A stretch of 64,000 bases of DNA from an uncultured Lentisphaerales bacterium (GTDB lineage: Bacteria; Verrucomicrobiota; Kiritimatiellia; RFP12; CAYQJG01): the NCBI GenBank assembly GCA_964417715.1, contig CAYQJG010000001.1, positions 29,297-93,296 on the forward strand, read 5' to 3'. The notes beneath the pieces are model-generated. The model did no database searches. It saw nothing but the letters and a program-made list of their open reading frames with translations, and was not told the DNA's origin. Below, one piece after another: positions 1 through 8,945 of the stretch (its first letter is position 1; each line of letters starts with the position of its first letter). Position numbers and translations under genes: made by a program.

Positions 1-1
1 C

Positions 2-295
2 GACAACGGGACCACGGCGATGACCGGAATGCAGGAGCACGCAGGCACCGGTCGCCGTCTCGACCACACGCCTGCGAACACGCTGGTGATCGAGGACGTC
101 GTACGGGCCATGGGCGTGCCCCATGTCGTCGTGATCGATCACGTCAAGGAGCCGGCGCGCCTGGCCGAAACCGTCCGGCTCGCGCTCGCCAGCGGCGAGC
201 TTTGGACGATCATCGCGCGGCGCACCTGCATTCTCGCCGTCGGCAAGATCCGGCAGTACGAACAAGCCGGATGCAACCCGCAACCTGCCCCCTGA
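2..295 (+). CDS. iorA: Indolepyruvate/2-oxoacid:ferredoxin oxidoreductase alpha subunit, C-terminal fragment (5' end lies outside the window)
   Basis: The ORF frame is open to the window start. The C-terminal sequence (…VVVIDHVKEPARLAETVRLALASGELWTIIARRTCIL) resembles the IorA C-terminus. An iorB-like gene follows 12 bp downstream. Confidence 0.55.
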   Translation, partial: DNGTTAMTGMQEHAGTGRRLDHTPANTLVIEDVVRAMGVPHVVVIDHVKEPARLAETVRLALASGELWTIIARRTCILAVGKIRQYEQAGCNPQPAP

Positions 296-307
296 GGCCC
301 ATTACAC

Positions 308-796
308 ATGAAATCATATAACATCGCCATCGCGGGCCTGGGCGGCCAGGGCATTGTCAAGGCATCAGACATTCTGGCAGATGCCGCGTTCCGAGCCGGC
401 CGGGACATCAAGAAGGCCGAAGTGCACGGCATGAGCCAGCGCGGCGGATCAGTCAGCACCGACATCCGGTTCGGACCGCAGGTCCTGAGCCCGATGGTTC
501 CCGACGGCGAGGTCGACATCCTGGTCGTGATGGAAGCGACACAAGTGGCGAACAACCGGCAACGCCTGCAGCCGGACGGACTGCTGCTGACGACGGACGT
601 ACTGGATGGCATCGCCGCGGCTGCCGGCAAGTCGGCCAATATCGCCATGCTGGGCGTGCTCAGCGCCCGGCTGGACATCCCCGAAGACGCCTGGCGTGCA
701 GCCATCTGCGACGCCCTGCCCGAGCCGAGCCACGCGACCAACCTGGCCGCTTTCGCCGCCGGGCAGGCCGTTGGATCGAGCAACAAGAAGTCCTGA
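308..796 (+). CDS. iorB: Indolepyruvate ferredoxin oxidoreductase beta subunit / pyruvate:ferredoxin oxidoreductase gamma-like
   Basis: N-terminus MKSYNIAIAGLGGQGIVKASDIL is typical of IorB/PorG. It sits immediately after the iorA-like fragment. Confidence 0.75.
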   Translation: MKSYNIAIAGLGGQGIVKASDILADAAFRAGRDIKKAEVHGMSQRGGSVSTDIRFGPQVLSPMVPDGEVDILVVMEATQVANNRQRLQPDGLLLTTDVLDGIAAAAGKSANIAMLGVLSARLDIPEDAWRAAICDALPEPSHATNLAAFAAGQAVGSSNKKS

Positions 797-801
797 CGGA
801 C

Positions 802-1764
802 TCAGTTGCCGCTGACGGTTCCGGGCAGAGGCAGATCGGGACCCGTCGCCCAGACCGAGAGTTCGGTGAGTGACGCGTTCGGCCCGAAGATCTGCGACGA
901 GAAGACAACCAGCAGGGCCAGTGTCAGCAGAATGGTCAGGACCGCCGCGAAATTGAACGCCCAGTGAGCCGTGTCGGGCGCAATCGGCACGGCGACCGCC
1001 GGCGCACCGGCAACGCCGGCGCCTTCATCCGCAGCGGCTTCGCCGCCCCCGCCGGATATGACCATAGCCGCAGGCCGTTTCACACGAATGGTGCGCTTCT
1101 GCGTGATCGGCGCGTTGTCCGAAGCCACGGCCGTGTCCGGAATCCGTGCCGTCTGGCTGGCAGGCGGTGGCGGCGCCATCAGAACGTTCATCGGCGGAAT
1201 CGGCGCCGTGGCCTTGGCTGAAACGGTCGCCAGCGAAGGGATGGACGACGTCGCGTGGGCCGACACGGCGGCGGCCGAAGGTGGCGGCACGATCGCCACC
1301 TTGACGGTCGGCATCTCGGTCGGACGCTTCAGCCGGATGGTCTTGGGCGCATCGGGCGCAGCTTGAACCCCGGCAGCCTCGGCTGCTCCGATCGCAGCAT
1401 CCAGCGAGATGCGCGAGGTCTTGGATTTGGCGGCCTGCACCTGCGCCTCGGTCGGCGGACGCGGACCATCGGGAATGGGGTTGGCCCCGGGCTGCGGCCC
1501 CACGGGCTTGATGCGGATGGTGCGCGGCGCACCGTCGGGCGCAGCGGCCATCATGGGCGGAATGGCGCCGGTCAACGGGATGCGCGACGTCCGGCGCGGA
1601 CTGCCGGGGGTGGACGCATCGGCTGCGCCCCCCAAGGGCTGCACGCGGATCGTCGTGGACGAAACCTGCCCGGCGGACGGCGCGGGGGGAATGCCCTGCG
1701 TCTTGGCAAACGGCGTCACTTTGGGCGGAATCGTGCTCTCGGGAATCGGATTTTGATCAGCCAT
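802..1764 (-). CDS. Hypothetical Pro/Ala-rich protein with a repeated (K/R)TIR(V/I/L)K(R)P motif (4 copies) and a single C-terminal TM anchor
   Basis: Full-length ORF with GC3-rich codon usage and an AAGGGG-like SD 8 nt upstream of the ATG. Composition is low-complexity. The hydrophobic C-terminal helix is AAVLTILLTLALLVVF. Confidence 0.45.
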   Translation of the reverse strand: MADQNPIPESTIPPKVTPFAKTQGIPPAPSAGQVSSTTIRVQPLGGAADASTPGSPRRTSRIPLTGAIPPMMAAAPDGAPRTIRIKPVGPQPGANPIPDGPRPPTEAQVQAAKSKTSRISLDAAIGAAEAAGVQAAPDAPKTIRLKRPTEMPTVKVAIVPPPSAAAVSAHATSSIPSLATVSAKATAPIPPMNVLMAPPPPASQTARIPDTAVASDNAPITQKRTIRVKRPAAMVISGGGGEAAADEGAGVAGAPAVAVPIAPDTAHWAFNFAAVLTILLTLALLVVFSSQIFGPNASLTELSVWATGPDLPLPGTVSGN

Positions 1765-1795
1765 GGCGCACCCCTTGTGGCAAAGACGGACGTCG

Positions 1796-2371
1796 TTAGA
1801 CGGCCATCACTTCTGCTTCCTTACTCTTCAGTTCGGCGTCAACTTTGTTAATATGTCCATCCGTGCTCTTCTGGATGTCCTCAAAGCCCTTGTCGCGCTC
1901 GTCCTCGGTGATCTTGCCGTTCTTCTGCAGCGCCTTGACCGCTTCATTGGCCTCGCGCCGCACGTTGCGGATGGACACGCGCGCTTCCTCGGACTGCCGA
2001 CGAGCGACCTTGGCGATCTCCTTGCGGCGCTCTTCACTCAGCTCAGGAATCGGCACACGAATCACGCGCCCGTCGTTCAGGGGGGTGACGCCCAGGTTGG
2101 CGGCCAGAATGGCCTTCTCGATGTCCGGCAGCGCCGTCGGGTCGTAGGAATTGATCACGAGCAGGCGCGGTTCAGGCGTCGAGATGCCAGCGATGTCGCG
2201 CAACCGGGTCGGCACGCCGTAATACTGAACCTGCACGTTATCGACCATCGCGGGTGAGGCCTTGCCGGTGCGCAACCCCGCAAACTGATCGTGCAACACC
2301 TTGAGGGTGTTGTCCATCTTCTCCTCTGCATCCATCAGCACATCGTCTAGCGTATCCATCGGTCGCGTCAC
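1796..2371 (-). CDS. frr: Ribosome recycling factor
   Basis: 191 aa with a full-length RRF-like sequence (…[32 protein letters not shown]…). It overlaps the pyrH stop by 4 bp, the classic pyrH-frr arrangement. Confidence 0.92.
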   Translation of the reverse strand: MTRPMDTLDDVLMDAEEKMDNTLKVLHDQFAGLRTGKASPAMVDNVQVQYYGVPTRLRDIAGISTPEPRLLVINSYDPTALPDIEKAILAANLGVTPLNDGRVIRVPIPELSEERRKEIAKVARRQSEEARVSIRNVRREANEAVKALQKNGKITEDERDKGFEDIQKSTDGHINKVDAELKSKEAEVMAV

Positions 2372-3123
2372 TCCTGTTTGTCCGGCAGCGCCGCATCATC
2401 AATCACGAGCGTGCCGATCTGTTCGCCGCGCACGATCCGGTCCAGTGCAGCCTCGTCGAAGAAATCGAAGACGATGATCGGTATCCGGTTGTCCATGCAA
2501 AGCGCAAAAGCCGCCGAGTCCATGACCTTCAGCCGGCGCTGCAAGGCCTCCTGGTGCGTGAGCACGGTGTACTTCGTGGCCAGGGGGTTCTTCTTCGGAT
2601 CAGCCGAGTAGACGCCGTCGACCTTGGTGGCCTTCAACAGCACGTCGGCGCCGATCTCGCTGGCGCGCAACGCCGCCGCCGTATCCGTGGTGAAGTAGGG
2701 GTTGCCCGTGCCGCCCGCGAAGATCACGACCCTTCCCTTTTCGAGGTGCCGCAGTGCCCGGCGCTGAATGTAGGGCTCGGCCACCTGGGGCATCTCGATC
2801 GCCGTCTGGAGCCGCGTCTCGACGCCCAGACGCTCGATGGCATTCTGCAGCGCCAGCCCGTTGATGATGGTGGACAGCATGCCCATGTAATCACCCGACG
2901 TACGCGCAATGCCCCGCGTCTCGCCCTGGGTTCCACGAAAGATATTCCCGCCGCCCAGCACGACCGCAACCTGCACGCCCGCGGCGGCCAGCCGCTGAAT
3001 TCGGCGCGCGACGGCCGCGACGACGGTGGGGTCGATGCACTCGCCTGCATCCCGGTTGCCCAGCACTTCGCCACTCAACTTGAGCAGGATGCGCCGGTAG
3101 CAGATAGCGGTCTCGCTGGCCAC
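2368..3123 (-). CDS. pyrH: UMP kinase
   Basis: 251 aa, with [10 protein letters not shown]…[10 protein letters not shown]…[21 protein letters not shown] motifs of the UMP kinase / aspartokinase fold. Confidence 0.92.
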   Translation of the reverse strand: MASETAICYRRILLKLSGEVLGNRDAGECIDPTVVAAVARRIQRLAAAGVQVAVVLGGGNIFRGTQGETRGIARTSGDYMGMLSTIINGLALQNAIERLGVETRLQTAIEMPQVAEPYIQRRALRHLEKGRVVIFAGGTGNPYFTTDTAAALRASEIGADVLLKATKVDGVYSADPKKNPLATKYTVLTHQEALQRRLKVMDSAAFALCMDNRIPIIVFDFFDEAALDRIVRGEQIGTLVIDDAALPDKQE

Positions 3124-3208
3124 GTCCGATCTTGACCTTTCTGGTTCGGAATAGGATCGTTAAACAGCGTAGCCGAAACTGCGGGGCAGGACAATAAGAA
3201 AGGGCGGA

Positions 3209-5161
3209 TTATTCCGCCGTTACACCCAGGCGCAACACCGGCAGGACCTGCCTGCGCAAGGTGGTGTCCAGATCGAACAACGCGAAGCCGGGACAGCCGG
3301 AACGGCGCACCACCTGGATCTGGTCAATCACCTGCACCGGATCGAGCCGGCTCTCGGCCGCCGTGACGCCAATGCCGGGCAACACGCGGCGCCGCAGCGC
3401 GCGCCGCGCGGTCTGGTCCGCCACCAGTTGACTGAACGCGGCCAGATCCTCGGTATAGTCCATCGGGAGCACGTAGTCGACCAGCCCCTGCCCGATCCAG
3501 TCCTGCCAGTCCTGCCCCACCGCATCGACGCAGGACGGGTACTTGCCGAACACGGCCGCGGTCAGCATCCGACCGGGCGCCTCGCGGCGCATCTGCAGCC
3601 GGGTCTCCGCCACGAAATCGGTCACCATCCCACTGCGCCAGCGCATGAACTCGGCACACCGGCTGCCGCCCAGCTTGACGTCCTGCGGCCACGCCGCCAC
3701 CGGCCCAGCGTCGCGCTCAAAGCGCGGCCTGACCGTGGGCCCCAGGCTGCCGCCGTAATCGGGATAGCGCACGAAATCGAGGTGAATCCCGTCCACCGCA
3801 TAGCGGCCGGCCATCTCGCCGACGGCACGCTGCAGGTACGCGCGGACTTCCGGCACGGCCGGGTCGAGCCAGGGACGTTCGCGGCCGTCCTCGCCGCTCA
3901 GGAGCCACCCGCGCTGGCGGAAGACGGCCATCCGATCGGCCGTCGTCTGGGTCGTGCTGAAGCACAGGATCCAGGCATGCACGCGCAGGCCAAGCGGGCG
4001 CGCCGCGGCCAGGCAAGCCGCTAACTGGTCACCTTGCTCGATGGCCACCCGTGACATGGGCAACACCTCGCTGCGGTAGTGCGCAAAACCCGGCCCGGCG
4101 ACGTTGACCATCAGGTCCGAGAAACCGGCCTCCTTGATGACCCGGCAGGTGCGCGGCCAATCTCCCGGAAAGAGCCCCATGCCGGAATGCTCCCAGACCA
4201 CACGCATCTCGCCACGCCGCGGCGTCTGCAGCAACCCGTAAACCGCGTACATTTCGGTGCGCAATTCGACCGCCGCCTCCCAGGCCTCGAACCCCCGACC
4301 GGTTCGCAGGAGTTCGCGGGCGCGAGCATCGAGGCGACCAGCGCTTTGCGCCGCCATCACGGCCTGGCCGCGGCGCGCCGGATCGCGCAGCCGGCCGGCG
4401 GCCGCTTCGGCCTCAGCCGGACTCCCGAGGCTGCCGACGCGCCGTGCATCAACGAGCAACGGCGCCGCAGCCGTGGCCCAGAGCGTGGGATCACACGCGG
4501 CGGCCAGCGCCAGCAGCAGGCGGCTCTTGGCCGCGGCATCGCCGTCCGCCAGCAGCACATGCGTCATCCAGTACCCCTGCCGGGTCACCAGCCAGGCGGG
4601 CTCCGGCATCGTGCGCCCCTGCCGGTCCGTCCACCAGGCCAGCACATCCGAGCGTCCCTGCACCGGCTGGGCGAGCATCAGGTTGGGCGAAACCTGTTCA
4701 ATCTGTTCGGGCACGCCGCGCGGCCGCGCCGCTCCGAACCGCATGCCGGACCAGCGCCCCTCGGTCGTGCCGCGCACATACCCACTCAGACGGACACCCA
4801 TCAGTTCGGCCAGCGCCGGCGAGGCGGAATAACAGACGATCAGCCGTCCGCCCCGGTCCAGAAAGCTCTTGATGGCCGCCACATGCGCAGGTTGCGGCTG
4901 GGAGACATAGACCAGAACCGCCAGGCGCCTGCCCGCCAGCGTCGCAGCCAGTTGCGAGTCGTCGCGCAGGTCGACGTCAAGCCCGGCCTCGCGGTAGCCG
5001 CGCACGGCGTTTCGTGCCAGCGCCTTGGCGAAGCCCCGCTCAACGGCAGGCACGGTTTCACTGCCGTGCACCACCACAACCGAGGTCAGGGCCGACGCCT
5101 GCCATGCGCCAAGAAAGGCCGAGAGAAGGAGCAGGCGGCGTGAAGCGATCATAGCACGCAT
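3209..5161 (-). CDS. Secreted glycoside-hydrolase-family-10-like protein (GHL10/DUF4015-type, YngK-like)
   Basis: The DGIHLDFVRYP motif and the C-terminal half resemble the GHL10 family. Start trimmed to ATG at 5161 (MRAMIASRRLLLLSAFLGAWQASA, a signal peptide). The ORF track extends it 41 codons further upstream. Confidence 0.5.
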   Translation of the reverse strand: MRAMIASRRLLLLSAFLGAWQASALTSVVVVHGSETVPAVERGFAKALARNAVRGYREAGLDVDLRDDSQLAATLAGRRLAVLVYVSQPQPAHVAAIKSFLDRGGRLIVCYSASPALAELMGVRLSGYVRGTTEGRWSGMRFGAARPRGVPEQIEQVSPNLMLAQPVQGRSDVLAWWTDRQGRTMPEPAWLVTRQGYWMTHVLLADGDAAAKSRLLLALAAACDPTLWATAAAPLLVDARRVGSLGSPAEAEAAAGRLRDPARRGQAVMAAQSAGRLDARARELLRTGRGFEAWEAAVELRTEMYAVYGLLQTPRRGEMRVVWEHSGMGLFPGDWPRTCRVIKEAGFSDLMVNVAGPGFAHYRSEVLPMSRVAIEQGDQLAACLAAARPLGLRVHAWILCFSTTQTTADRMAVFRQRGWLLSGEDGRERPWLDPAVPEVRAYLQRAVGEMAGRYAVDGIHLDFVRYPDYGGSLGPTVRPRFERDAGPVAAWPQDVKLGGSRCAEFMRWRSGMVTDFVAETRLQMRREAPGRMLTAAVFGKYPSCVDAVGQDWQDWIGQGLVDYVLPMDYTEDLAAFSQLVADQTARRALRRRVLPGIGVTAAESRLDPVQVIDQIQVVRRSGCPGFALFDLDTTLRRQVLPVLRLGVTAE

Positions 5162-5173
5162 AGGAAACAACCC

Positions 5174-5698
5174 TTGCAGGCTGCGGGTCAAGCCGTTATT
5201 TTGCGGACCGTGACCAACCATTGGCAAGTCCTGTTCCTGAAACCCCGCACCGAAAAGAAGGTGGCCGAGGTGTGCCGCGCACACCGCCTGCCCTACTACC
5301 TGCCGCTGCAGACCACCACGAAGACCTACCAGCGCCGCAAAGTCACGTCAACCAAGCCCCTGTTCCCGGGCTACCTGTTCGTCGCCGTCGCTCAGGAGCA
5401 GAAGATGCTGCTGCAGCGAACCAGCCACGTGGTGCGGTTTCTCGTGCCGCACCAGCCCTTCCACATGCTGCGCCAACTGGTGCAGGTGCGCCGGGCGCTG
5501 CGGGCCGACCCCGCGTTGCGGCCGGTCAGCGCCCTGACGAAAGGCCGGCGCGTGCGCATCATCGGCGGGCCCTTCCAGGGCATGGAAGGCACCGTCACGC
5601 GCCTGGCGAGTTCCATGCGCGTCGTGCTGACCGTCGAGATGATCGGCATGGGCGTGGCTGTCACCGCCGAGATCGCCCAGGTCGAACCGCTTCGGTAG
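5174..5698 (+). CDS. NusG-family transcription antitermination paralog (NGN + KOW domains; RfaH/UpxY-like specialised NusG)
   Basis: WQVLFLKPRTEKKV…PLFPGYLFV (NGN) followed by GRRVRIIGGPFQGMEGTV (KOW). The track start is a TTG; the true start is probably the GTG near 5209. Confidence 0.65.
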   Translation: MQAAGQAVILRTVTNHWQVLFLKPRTEKKVAEVCRAHRLPYYLPLQTTTKTYQRRKVTSTKPLFPGYLFVAVAQEQKMLLQRTSHVVRFLVPHQPFHMLRQLVQVRRALRADPALRPVSALTKGRRVRIIGGPFQGMEGTVTRLASSMRVVLTVEMIGMGVAVTAEIAQVEPLR

Positions 5699-5711
5699 AG
5701 CCTGGAAAACA

Positions 5712-5752
5712 GAAACTGGAAACTGGGGTCGTGTCCCCCGCGTTTCCAGTTT
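5712..5752. terminator. Putative bidirectional stem-loop between the convergent NusG-like gene and pckG
   Basis: Imperfect inverted repeat GAAACTGGAAACTGGGG…CCCCGCGTTTCCAGTTTC in the 79-bp convergent intergenic gap. No U-tract follows, as expected for a high-GC genome. Confidence 0.35.
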
Positions 5753-5777
5753 CAAGTCTCCAGTCTCTGGCCTTCGC

Positions 5778-7601
5778 TCAGGCCTTGGCGAGGCGGGCCT
5801 TGAGCCCTTCGAGTTCGGCCTTAAGGGCGAACGGCACCTTGTTGCCGTACTTCCGGTAGGACTCCTCGACGCTCTCGATCTCCTTCTTCCAACCGGCCAC
5901 ATCGACCTTCAGGAGTTCCTGCATGTCGGCCGTCGTGACACTGGTGCCAGTCAGATCGATGGCATCCGGCGTCGGCAGCACGCCAATCGGCGTTTCGACC
6001 GCCTTGGCGGTGCCTTCGATGCGCTCGCAGATCCACTTCAGCACGCGGCTGTTCTCGCCGTAACCCGGCCACAGCCACTTGCCTTCAGCGGTCTTGCGGA
6101 ACCAGTTCACGAAGAATACCTTGGGCAGCTTCTTCGGATCGGTGCGCAGGCCGAAACTCAGCCAGTGCAGCAGGTAGTCGCCGACGTGATAGCCGCAGAA
6201 CGGCAACATCGCGAACGGGTCGCGACGCAGCACGCCGGCCTGCCCGAGCGCGGCTGCCGTCGTCTCCGAACCGGCCGCCGAACCCATGAACACGCCGTGA
6301 TTCCAGGAGTAGGCCTCGTTGACCAGCGGGATGGTACTGGGGCGGCGTCCGCCGAAGAGGAAAGCGCTGATCGGCACGCCGGCGGGGTCTTCCCACTCGC
6401 TGGCGATCACCGGGCACTGACTCGCGGGCGCCGTGAAGCGCGCGTTCGGGTGGGCAGCCTTGACGGCCTTGCCGTCGGCATCGCGCATGGCCGGCGTCCA
6501 GTCCTTGCCCTTCCAGTCGATCGCATGCGTCGGCGCAGGCACGCCCATGTCTTCCCACCAGATGTCGCCGTCGTCGGTCAGCGCGACGTTCGTGAAGATG
6601 GTGTTCTTCGTGATCGTGTCGATCGCGTTCGGGTTACTGGCGCGCGAGGTACCGGGCGCCACGCCGAAGAAGCCGAACTCGGGATTGACGGCGTAGAGGC
6701 GTCCGTCCTCACCGATGCGCATCCAGGCGATGTCATCGCCAATGCACTCGACCTTCCAGCCGGGCAGCGTCGGCAGCATCATGGCCAGGTTGGTCTTGCC
6801 GCAGGCGCTCGGGAAGGCGGCCGCGACATAGTGTGACTTGTGTGCGGGCGAGGTGAGCTTGAGGATCAGCATGTGCTCGGCCATCCAGCCCTCGTTGCGC
6901 GCCAGCACGGAGGCGATGCGCAACGCGAAGCACTTCTTGCCCAGCAGGGCATTGCCGCCGTAGCCGGAGCCGAACGACCAGATCGCGCCATCGTCGGGGA
7001 AATGCACGATGTACTTCTTGTTCGGGTCGGGCTCGCAAGGCCACGGCACATCCTTCTGGCCCTTCTTGAGCGGCGCGCCCACGGAGTGCAGGCAGGAAAC
7101 GAAATCGCCATGCTCACCCAGCGCGTCCAGGGCCTTCTGCCCCATGCGGGTCATGATGCGCATGTTGATCACCACGTAGGGCGAATCGGTAATCTCGATG
7201 CCGATCTTGCCCACCGGCGACCCGATCGGTCCCATGGAGAAGGGAATCACGTAGAGCGTGCGACCCTTCATGCAGCCCTTGTAGAGCGCCCGCATCTCGG
7301 CCTTCATCTCGTCCGGATCGCGCCAGATGTTGGTCGGGCCGGCATCCTCCTGCCGGGCAGAGCAGATAAACGTGCGATCTTCGACACGCGCCACGTCGGA
7401 CGCATGCGAACGGGCGAGGAAACACCCGGGACGCTTGACAGGGTCCAGGCGCGTGAAAACGCCCTTCGCCACCATGATCTCGCAGAGCGCATCGTACTCC
7501 GCCTGGGAGCCGTCGCACCATTGCACAGACTCGGGCTTGCAGAGCTTGGCCATCTCGTCTACCCAGGCCAACAGCTTCTTGTTTTGAGTGGGGTTCTGCA
7601 T
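5778..7601 (-). CDS. pckG: Phosphoenolpyruvate carboxykinase (GTP)
   Basis: 607 aa with the full-length GTP-PEPCK signature (…[16 protein letters not shown]…, kinase-1a P-loop). Confidence 0.93.
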   Translation of the reverse strand: MQNPTQNKKLLAWVDEMAKLCKPESVQWCDGSQAEYDALCEIMVAKGVFTRLDPVKRPGCFLARSHASDVARVEDRTFICSARQEDAGPTNIWRDPDEMKAEMRALYKGCMKGRTLYVIPFSMGPIGSPVGKIGIEITDSPYVVINMRIMTRMGQKALDALGEHGDFVSCLHSVGAPLKKGQKDVPWPCEPDPNKKYIVHFPDDGAIWSFGSGYGGNALLGKKCFALRIASVLARNEGWMAEHMLILKLTSPAHKSHYVAAAFPSACGKTNLAMMLPTLPGWKVECIGDDIAWMRIGEDGRLYAVNPEFGFFGVAPGTSRASNPNAIDTITKNTIFTNVALTDDGDIWWEDMGVPAPTHAIDWKGKDWTPAMRDADGKAVKAAHPNARFTAPASQCPVIASEWEDPAGVPISAFLFGGRRPSTIPLVNEAYSWNHGVFMGSAAGSETTAAALGQAGVLRRDPFAMLPFCGYHVGDYLLHWLSFGLRTDPKKLPKVFFVNWFRKTAEGKWLWPGYGENSRVLKWICERIEGTAKAVETPIGVLPTPDAIDLTGTSVTTADMQELLKVDVAGWKKEIESVEESYRKYGNKVPFALKAELEGLKARLAKA

Positions 7602-7844
7602 CGTCCTGTTCCTCCGGTTATTCCAGCAGCCCGCTCCCGGATATTCGGTACCCGGGTGAGCGAGCGGCCGTCGTGAAATGAGCTCAAGATAATATCAAAA
7701 GGGTGCTTGCTGCGCAAGACCCTCGCGACCCAAATCTACGGGGCTAAGCGCCGTTCTGCGAGGGTTGGGAAAGAGTGTTTATCGGCCCCCGCTTTTCTGC
7801 TACGTTACGCTGTCTTGCCCGCGGCGGGCAGGCGGGAGACCTTC

Positions 7845-8945
7845 ATGGCACTTGGCGTCGGTATCGTCGGCATGCCCAACGTGGGCAAGTCCACTCTTTT
7901 CAACGCGCTTACGCGGGCCCAGAACGCGGAGGCTGCGAACTATCCATTCTGCACCATCGAGCCCAACAAGGCGACCGTGCCTGTGCCGGACGACCGGTTG
8001 GCGCGACTCGCGCTGATTGCCAAGCCGGAAAAGGTGTTCCATGCCACGGTCGATTTCATCGACATCGCCGGACTGGTGCGCGGCGCCAGCAAGGGCGAGG
8101 GTCTCGGCAACAAATTCCTCGCCAACATCCGTGAGGTGAGCGCCATCCTGGAAGTGGTCCGGTGTTTCGAGGACGAGAACGTGGTGCATGTCGAGGGCGG
8201 CGTGGACCCGCTTCGCGACATCGAGGTGATCGAGACGGAACTCGTGCTGGCCGACATCCAGTCGCTCGAGAAGCGGCTGGAGCGCTTGGGGCGCCAGGCG
8301 CGCGCCGACAAGGAGCTGCGCAAGGAAGTCGACGCGATGGAGGCGCTGATGCGCCACCTGAACGCCGGCCAGCCGGCGCGCACGTTCCCGCGCAGCGACG
8401 CCGACCCGATCCTGCCGACGCTGGTCGAGTTGCAACTCCTGACCGACAAGCCGGTCATCTACTGCGCCAACGTGGGTGAAGGCGAACTCGCCGCCGACGA
8501 TGCGCCGCTGCTCAAGGTGCGCGAGCACGCCGCGCGCGCGGGAGCCGACGTCGTCGTGATCTCAGCGCGCATGGAAGCCGAACTGGCCGGCATGTCCGAC
8601 GCCGAGCGAAGCGAGTTCCTTTCGTCCTACGGCCTCAAGGAGAGCGGACTCGACCAGACCATCCGCATGGCCTATCACACGCTGGGCCTGGCCAGCTATT
8701 TCACCGCCGGCCCCAAGGAAGTGCGCGCCTGGACATTCCATCGCGGCTGGCTGGCGCCCAAGACGGCCGGCGTGATCCATACCGACTTCGAGCGTGGCTT
8801 CATCCGCGCCGAAGTCTGTGCGTTCGCGGACTATGTCCGCCTCGGCGGCGAATCCGCCTGCCGGTCGGCGGGCCTGCTGCGCGTCGAGGGCAAGGAATAC
8901 GCGGTGCAGGATGGCGACGTCATGCACTTCCTCTTCAATGTCTAA
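7845..8945 (+). CDS. ychF: Ribosome-binding ATPase YchF (Obg-family GTPase)
   Basis: MALGVGIVGMPNVGKSTLFNALT G1 motif, then a TGS-like C-terminus. Start trimmed to ATG at 7845; the track ORF begins 46 codons upstream. Confidence 0.9.
   Translation: MALGVGIVGMPNVGKSTLFNALTRAQNAEAANYPFCTIEPNKATVPVPDDRLARLALIAKPEKVFHATVDFIDIAGLVRGASKGEGLGNKFLANIREVSAILEVVRCFEDENVVHVEGGVDPLRDIEVIETELVLADIQSLEKRLERLGRQARADKELRKEVDAMEALMRHLNAGQPARTFPRSDADPILPTLVELQLLTDKPVIYCANVGEGELAADDAPLLKVREHAARAGADVVVISARMEAELAGMSDAERSEFLSSYGLKESGLDQTIRMAYHTLGLASYFTAGPKEVRAWTFHRGWLAPKTAGVIHTDFERGFIRAEVCAFADYVRLGGESACRSAGLLRVEGKEYAVQDGDVMHFLFNV

Noticed and set aside
139-786. Long minus-strand ORF (215 aa) overlapping iorA/iorB
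   Set aside because: It is antisense to two well-supported genes. High GC produces long stop-free antisense frames, and it shows no family resemblance.
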